Assembly: GCF_009914755.1 (NCBI RefSeq)
Contig: NC_060937.1
Reading direction: 5' to 3' (one strand)
From: the human T2T-CHM13v2.0 reference genome, Homo sapiens
DNA length: 64,000 bases
The first letter of the stretch is position 1. Every line of letters begins with the position of its first letter. This document shows, one piece after another, positions 54,101-64,000 of this stretch. The translations under genes and the position numbers were made by a program. The notes under the pieces are model-generated. The model ran no database searches, was not told the origin of the DNA, and saw only the letters and a list, made by a program, of their open reading frames with translations.

Positions 54101-57100
54101 AAATTCAAGCTTTCTATTCTATTTGCTTCTTTGTCTATATCTGTAAGATTTTCAACCTTCTTTTAGAAATATAACTTAAATCCTTTCAATAAATTCTGAA
54201 TAGTATTCTAAAACATATAATGAGTTAAAATAAAGCAATAATTACTTTCCGATTGGACTTCCATTTAAAAATTGTGTTGCATTACATAAATCCATTTTTG
54301 AGTTACTTGATTGTATTTGGCTTATGATTTCCCTAAGATACAAATTATAATTGATGTTTAGACATTCAAGAACAGAAAACTTCTGTTTAATCAACATTGC
54401 ACTTCAGTTATAGTTTAGTTAATCCTAGATTATGAAATGTAATCCAGTATATTTCTGCAGAAAGAATGCAGAGTTTGGAATTACAAGTTGTTATAACAAG
54501 AAACATTTACTTAACTCACTGAATTATTAGGAACACCTCCCCACCAACCTGCTGGGCAATAATGAAAGGAGGGTCCTCTGCTTATAAGTTCTTGTCAATG
54601 CATGCTGAGACTTGGTAGGGATTCTTTCAAGGCCAAGACTCTGGGAGGAAATTGAGGTTTAAATGATGTTGGATGTGAACAGCCCTGAGAGTCTCATTCC
54701 CTGCAGTGAACCAGGCTAGCATTTTCTTTAGTCTTGAACCAGCAGCTAATGGCTTGATAAACTATGTGTTGTGACACATAGATGAGTCCTTGATTACTAA
54801 AAAAGCATCTAGACATTTAATTGGAAAATGTACATTACATGCCTCTTCTTTGCCTCTAGCATCAATACCACGATACTTGAAAACATTTACATACCATGGG
54901 AATGTGTCCAGAATGTTAACTAAATTCCTACAGTGAATTTCAGAAAAAGGACAGAAGAATCCTGATATCAAATAAGAAACTTTTTTGTAAATATTGTTTT
55001 TGTCCTAGATAAAAAATACATATGTTTATTTATCTCCTTTATGCATTACACTTATTCCAAATGTATTTATTGCTTTGTTAAATTATACATGTGAAGTGGC
55101 AGTACATTCAGAAATTATGCACACCAATATTTGCAAATTATGGAAATAAAGATTCCATGTGTGTGTATGTATATATATATATGAACATGATTTTTAAACA
55201 CAAAACAGAAAAAGTTTATATTGCTGCCATATGTATGGAAGGTCTAGTGTTATCTTGGTCAAAAACTGTACTTAGAAAATTTCATAGATGATTCACTTCC
55301 TGGCATTTGAATAGATTAAAAACAATAGAAATTAAATAACCTCTCTGTCCAAAATTTAGCTTGAAATATTGACTAGTATATCTGATGTATGATATTCCCA
55401 TTGAGAGAGGCAAAGAGTTCTTGTCTGGAAGATAATGAAAGCCAACTTTGGAAGAAACTAGAAAGTTCTTCCCTATTTTTTTTTCTTGGCTTGCCTTTTT
55501 ATAACGTTACAAATGTCCATTATTTAAAGGAGATAGTTGTCAGGGTTTAGTCTTACAAAGAGCAGTTCAAGAACAGCTGAACTCTCAGTGTGTTGGTTTT
55601 TAGACACACCGAGTAGTTTTTTATCTCATACATCATTTACAATTTTCTGACATTCCATGCAGGATTGCACATATTTATTTTTCAACTTTTTGTGTGTGGA
55701 ACTAAGAGAATATAATAAAAGAGGTACAACTAACTAAAAAGTTACTCTCCAGACTTTGACCCACAACTGTACAGCTTCCAGTTTTACTCTTTGAAATCCT
55801 TACTGGGTGGAGCAATAAATGGATAGTGAGGCAAAAGCATACTGAAGTATGTTAGTAGCAACCTACTCATTCAAAAAGTATTTAGATTTGTATTATGGCT
55901 ACAGTTTCCTATTATCATTTTTGGTGTTAACAATTACTAACAACATATAGTTTTAGATAACTAAAAACTTTACATATTTATTGTTATTTAGGTAATTCTC
56001 TATCACTTTGCAATATCCAGGAAAAGAATGATTATTCCACAAAAGCATTACTTTTGATACATGGATTACTTGGATAGGCAATGTTTGCAGAGTTCACTCT
56101 CCAGTGAAGAAATGAAACTAATAATTGTAGTATCATCAGATGGGATTAAAATAAAGATATATACTAAATGCAAAAGGATTATAGGACAGTGGCATAAATT
56201 TGGAAGACTATGCCTTGGAAAGAGACATACAGCTTTATTACTTTTAAGGAATGTACATGGAATTTCTTATATATTCCCTATAATTAATATTATTTCTAAA
56301 TTTATTAATATGACAACTTTGTTTTCTTTTCAGAATTATTGAGCTCTTGGGTAACAAATTCAGTAGATAATTTTTCAATTAGTTATTTAAAACTCTGGTT
56401 ATACAAACTCTCTATGGTGTTTTATATATAATTTAGGTAAAAACAAGTAAAAGTTTAGGAAATAGGCCATTTTGAAAATCTAATTATATTTTCTTATCTA
56501 AGAAGTCCTTGTTACCAGCAATTTGGAGTATTCTCACAGTCAAACTGTACCCAATATATTAGCAATAAAAATTTTGTTGACTATAGGTTTTTGGTTTTGT
56601 TTTATAAGGAACCACTATCCACTCGAAATATGTTTAGTTGCAGTGTGGGCCCATGCCTAATTTACTTTGATTTCTCAATTACTATCATCTCTCGTCTTCA
56701 CTTTGTGCTTAGCAAAGTTTAATTTTGTGGCAAGCAGATACATTTAAAAACATATTTCAGGAGTGAATTTTGAGCCATTACTGAATAAAAAAAGTTGGCA
56801 AATACTGTCCCCCCAACATCAACTATAAAGTGGATCAAAAATGACACCAAAAAACCTTATTTCAGCACTCTTGAAATTTATATGTGCTCTCTCCATGTCT
56901 ATTCAACATGATCTTTGGAAGTTATAGCTAGTATAGTAAGAAGAGCAAAAAAAAAAAAAAAAAACTATATGTAGAAAATCCTGAGTACACGCACATTACA
57001 CACACACATACACACATACACACACAGCTAGAAGTAATAAATGAATTTAGCAAGGTCCCTGTATGCAAGGTCAATATATGAAAATCTGCTTTAATTTTTT

Positions 57101-57242
57101 GTAATAAATAATCTAAAAGATGAAAATTTGAAAAGAATCTATTCATAATAGCATTAAAAAGAATAAAATTTTAAGAAAACACTAACTGAAGTAGGGCAAG
57201 ATTTGTACACCAAAAACTACAAGACATTTCTATGATAAATTA

Positions 57243-59046
<1,804 letters not shown>

Positions 59047-60101
59047 AAATTAATACATGTCTAAACAAATGAAGAGTGACCTATGTTTATGGATTGGAAG
59101 ACTAAATATTTTCAAGATTACAATTCTTCCCAAAGTGATATACAGATTCAACACAACCGCCACCAAAATTTCAGAAAACTTTTTTTTTTTTTTAGATACT
59201 GGCAAGGTGATACTAAAATGCAAATGGAAGGGAGAGTAACTACAATAGCCAAAACAATTCTGAAAAAGAATGAACAGTGGATTCACACTCCCTGATTTCA
59301 TGACTTATTTACTAGTCAAGATATTTGACATTTGTATTGAAAAAATGATAGAAAAAAGAGCAATGGGACAGGATAGAAAAACCCAAAAATAAGCTCACAC
59401 AAAAATATAGTAAACTGATGTTTGACAATGGTACAGAGGCAAATGGAAAAAAAATATTATTTTCTGCAAATGGTGTTGGAAAAATTCAATGTCTGTGCAA
59501 AATATGAAACTTAACAAATACTTTGTATTTATTAAAATTAACTCAAAATATATCAGAGAACTCAATTTAAAACACAAAACTATAATAAATTTTGAAGAAA
59601 AGAAAAATTTTTGTTTTCTTGGGTTAGGTAAATTGCCAGATATGACATCATCAGTAGGATCAATATAAGAAACAAAATAAATTGGGCATTATCATTTAAA
59701 ACTTTTGTACTTCAAGGGACACCTTTAAGAACATAGAAACAGAAACCACAGAATGGGAAAAATTTCATATAACATATTCTATGAAGGACATGTTTCCAGA
59801 ATATACAAATAACTCTTAATACTCACCAATAATAAAATCAACCAAATTAAAAAATGAGCAAAAAACTTAATATTTTACCAAAGCAAATAAACAAATGGCT
59901 AATAAGTACATAAACTGTTGGTTGGTATCATTACTTCTTAAGGACATACAAATTAATTTCCATGTCACACCTACTAGAACAGCTATAATAAAAAATACAT
60001 AACATCAAGTATTAGCAAAGATGTGGGCAAAGGAAATGTCACACATTGCTGGTGGGAATATAAATGTTTCAGGCACTTTGAAAACAGTTTGACAGTTTCT
60101 T

Positions 60102-60201
60102 TTTTATTATTATTGTTATACTTTAAGTTTTAGGGTACATGTGCACAATGTGCAGGTTCATTACATATGTACACATGTGCCATGTTGGTGTGCTGCACCC
60201 A
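60102..60201 (-). mobile_element. 100-bp L1PA3-like 3'-end insertion
   Basis: tatactttaagttttagggtacatgtgcacaatgtgcagg..gctgcaccca; 12-bp TSD tgacagtttctt. Confidence 0.95.
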
Positions 60202-60949
60202 TGACAGTTTCTTAAAGTGTTAAACATACATTTACTATAAGATCCAGTAATTTCACTCGTAGGAATCTCCCCAAGAGAAATAGATACATAGAAATTAATT
60301 TTTAAAAGCTTGCACGTGAATGTTCATGGCAGCATTATTTATAAGAGCCAAAAAGTGGCAACAATCCAAATAAATATCCTTCAACTTGTGAATGGATAAA
60401 CAAAATGTGGAACTCCATACAAGAAATTACTTTTGATAACAGGAGGAATGAATCACTTATATACAGCATAAATGCAAACCCACTCACAATACTATAAATT
60501 ACATGATTTTATTTGCTTATAAGAACTCCAGAAAAGGCAAACATATTGAGACTAATGGGAGATCATTGTTTGCCTGGAGTTAGGGGTAGATAGGAATAGT
60601 AACTGCAAATAAGCAGGAGGAATTTTTTGGAGTAATAGAAATTTTCTAAAATTGGATTACCAAGGTAGTGGTCCAACTATGTAAATTTACTATAAATCAT
60701 TGCATTACAACATGTACAATGGTTAAATTTTATGACATATAAATGATACCTCACTTAAGCTGTTAAAAAGCAGCAATCTTATGAAGAAAGAATAGGAAAA
60801 AGCACGGGAGTGAAAAATGTAAGCACATAATTTCCAAGCCTAGCTAAATTTTCTTTGTTTTGTCATTTGAATGGATCTGAGTTAGACCCCTATCTCTCAT
60901 TCTGCCTTCTCAAGCAGGCAGTTTTGCCTTTTGTTAAGGGCTTGGTCTT

Positions 60950-61110
60950 AGATGCCAGAAGAAATAGATTGGAGTAGTTGCTTGCTACTTGTGAGCTGAG
61001 TAATTTTGCAAATATTTCCTAAGGTTCAATTTCTTTATATGATAGTAATTATTTTAAAGAAGATGTTTAAGGAAAAATTAGTAAATGCATGTAAGGAATC
61101 TAGCACAATT
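60950..61110 (+). mobile_element. MIR
   Basis: ctacttgtgagctgagtaatt..caatttctttata..aatgcatgtaaggaatctagcaca. Confidence 0.65.
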
Positions 61111-61802
61111 TGCCCCGGTTACGTTTGCCCCCTTATTGTTTTCTCTTACTAGTAACCAAAGGCAGCGTAGAATGTTACACCATGCATAAAGTGTGCATGG
61201 GAGGCTCCCTTAAATATGCTCATGTGTCTATTAAAGCATCTAAATTTCTTCATTTCCTCTTTTTCCCCTCTGGCTCCAAAAATACAGGAGGTCACTATTA
61301 AATGGAAAAGTTTAGCTGAATCTAAACTCTAGGAATACAATCTAGGATAGTCAACAAACAATGAGAGAGATCTATAGTAATGTGGGAAGAAATAATGACC
61401 TTTTTTTGTTACTGAGAATTACACAGTTCTTGCATGAAATTAGCCATTTCTGCAGTGACAGTAATGTCTGCATTCTGGCTCACCATGGCTGTGAGTACAC
61501 ACAGTTCTGCCTCCTCTTCCGCCACAAACATCAATGAATGAATGACAAATATATGTAAGACAGTATTCACAGCAGCACTGAGAATAGAAGCAGAATCAAG
61601 AATGTTTCAGAAATTATGATAAATTTTGGAGACAAAACCCAATTTTTTCATATTGTTGAAAAACCAGAAAAAAATGTTTCTGTTAAAACAGAAGATGTCC
61701 TTTTTCCATCAGAGCTGTAGAGACATCAAGCTTGAAATGGGAGCGCTTTCTTCATAACCCCTAGGTTAGCTTATATAACATACTCCTGAGCACATCTCCT
61801 TC

Positions 61803-61804
<2 letters not shown>

Positions 61805-61843
<39 letters not shown>
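61805..61843. repeat. (CA)~19 microsatellite
   Basis: Direct reading. Confidence 0.97.
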
Positions 61844-61845
<2 letters not shown>

Positions 61846-62429
61846 GGTTAGGGGGTGGCTGAGAAGCAGCAGTGGTCTTTGCTCTTAATTATACAGAAAA
61901 ACAACAACAACAACAACAACAGGCCCTTTATAGAAATTGAATAATCTCCCAGGGGAGAACCAAGGTTTTTAGTGTACATACTGGTACCACCAAAAAGTTT
62001 TTACTTTGCCATTTGAATGAATGTGACGATAGCTGGGCTGTGTATACCCAATATAGGCAAACTTCCCATTCTACCTTCAAAAAGCCTGACAATCAATAGT
62101 TCCCTGCTCTCCACACAGAAGTGTCAATTCTCCTCTTCCAGGTAAAGGTGATCATGAAAAGAAGGCCTGTTCAAAGCAGAAAACCTTGTGTCACTGACTT
62201 TTGTAAATATGGCTTAACACTTATAAAAATAAACAGCAATTAAGGACTGCTGGACATTTACATAAACTGTTATCACACAAGAAAATGGCCCAAAGAAATA
62301 CAACAAAGAAAAAACCTGACCTCATGAACATCAGACGGGCTTTTGGTTAAACAAAGAGAAAATTTTTTAATTAAAAAATTGTAATTAGAGGATCTACTGA
62401 GGAACATTCTGTGGAACTCATATACATGT

Positions 62430-62700
62430 TTTAAGTGAAGCAGCCAGATGCAAAACAGCTATATGCTGTATGATTCCACTTATATTCTGTTCTGGAAAAA
62501 AGTCCAGAGAAGATAACCATAGGGTTCAGGGATTTGGGGTGAGATGAGGGAAATCCCACAAAGGAGCAGCAAAAGGGAATTTTTAGGGAGTGATGGAGCT
62601 GTTCTGTATCATGATTATAGTAATGGTTGTAAAGCTCTATCAGATTTCAGAACACATGGAAATATAAATTGCTAACAACATTTTTCTGTATGAAAATATA
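62430..62700 (+). mobile_element. Old L1M 3'UTR fragment
   Basis: aagtgaagcagccagatgcaaaa..atgctgtatgattccacttatat..gtgatggagctgttctgtatcatgatt. Confidence 0.75.
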
Positions 62701-63079
62701 CAAATAATTTATAAAATTTCTAATTAGCATTCTCACAAAGACTAGGGAAGGTAGCACTTTTTTAAAGAAGAAACCAGAAGCTTCTGGGAAGAAGAAACAT
62801 TCAGAAAACAGGAGCCAAATATAAATTTCTCTAAATATTACTGTTGAATTGTTTTTTTAAAAAACAACTAAGAAGCCCTCCGTTTCCCTCTGTGTGTGTG
62901 CGTGCATGTGTGCATGCATGTGTATATGTATGTTGGTGGGAGAAGGACATTTTGAGAAAGAAGTCTTTTAGGTGACTTATTATAGTGGTTGTGGGAGAAG
63001 TTTAAAATGTACATAGGAAAATAAAGACAAAGACAAAAATTGGAAAATCTGAATGCAAAATTAAGAGAAATGTATAGTC

Positions 63080-63360
63080 CTCACCCTTGTAATCCCCTCA
63101 CTTTGGGAGTCCTAGGTGGGAGGATCCTTTGAGGCTGGGATTTCAAGACCAGCATGAGCAATATAGTGAAACTCTGTCTCTACAAACAATAAAAATACTT
63201 GCTGGGTGTAGTGGTGTGCACCTGTAGGTCCAGCTACTTAGGAGGCTGAGGCAGGAGGATAGTTTAAGCCCAGGAGGTCAAGACTGCAGTGAGCCATGAT
63301 CACATCACTGCATTCCAGCCTGGGTGATAGAGGGAAGTCTCTTTTTAAACAATAAAAAAA
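63080..63360 (+). mobile_element. AluJo-type, slightly 5' truncated
   Basis: gggaggatcctttgagg..; gcaggaggatagtttaagcccaggaggtcaagactgcagtgagccatgatc. Confidence 0.93.
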
Positions 63361-64000
63361 GAGGGGGGTCACTTCCATGATGGTGGAATGGGAACAGCTC
63401 CAGTCTGTAGCTCCCAGCAAGATCGGCGCAGAAGATGGGTGATTTCTGCATTTCCAATTGAAGTACCTGGTTCATCTCACTGGGACTGGTTGGACAGTGG
63501 GTGCAGTCCACAGAGGGCAAGCTGAAGCAGGGCAGGGCTTTGCCTCACCTGGGAAGTAAAAGGGGTCAGGGGATTTCCCTTTTCTAGCCAAGGGAAGCCA
63601 TGTTAGACTGTACCTGAGGAAACGGTACACTTCTGAACAAATAATGGGCTTTTCCCATGGTCTTAGCAACTGGCAGACTAGGAGATACCCTCCCGTGCCT
63701 GGCCTGGTGGGTCCCACACCCACAGAGCCTTGCTCACTGCTAGCACAGCAGTCTGAAATCAACCTGCGACACTGCAGCTTGACGGGGAGAGGGGCATCTG
63801 CCATTGCTGAGGCTTGAGGAGCTCACAGTGTAAACAAAGTGGCCAGGAAACTCAAACTGGGCAGAGCCCACCACAGCTCAGCAAGGACTATTGCCTCTCT
63901 AGATTCTACCTCTGGGGGCAGGGCATAGCAGAAAAAAAGGCAGCTGACAGCTTCTGCAGACTTAAATGTCCCGGTCTAACAGCTCTGAAGAGAGCAGTGG
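63361..64000 (+). mobile_element. L1PA6/7 5'UTR (5'-intact; continues beyond the window)
   Basis: ggaacagctccagtctgtagctcccagc..agaagatgggtgatttctgcatttccaa..ttcatctcactgggactgg. Confidence 0.95.

Overview
AT-rich primate (human-like) intergenic or intronic DNA dominated by interspersed repeats. These include about 12 Alus (J, S and Y types), young L1PA and old L1M elements, MaLR LTRs (THE1, MST, MLT1), an ERV1-type LTR, L2, MIR and CR1 relics, DNA-transposon MITEs (MADE1, MER5A, MER81/94-like, Tigger-like) and microsatellites. I recognise no protein-coding gene: the supplied ORFs are Alu, L1, LTR or low-complexity read-throughs or short chance ORFs. Most notable: (1) an L1PA13-like element at 42.35-47.25 kb reassembled as an 8-piece jigsaw with complementary breakpoints and two inversions; (2) two insertion or repair scars that create perfect hairpins (28,033-28,052 and 57,436-57,458); (3) a tentative minus-strand spliced transcript (exon candidates at 25.9, 23.9 and 4.3 kb) with an intronic MADE1/miR-548-like hairpin and upstream minus-oriented THE1 LTRs carrying DUX4-type motifs. 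Subfamily calls come from remembered consensus features, and boundaries of old repeats are approximate. I see no evidence here for a new multi-gene biological system.
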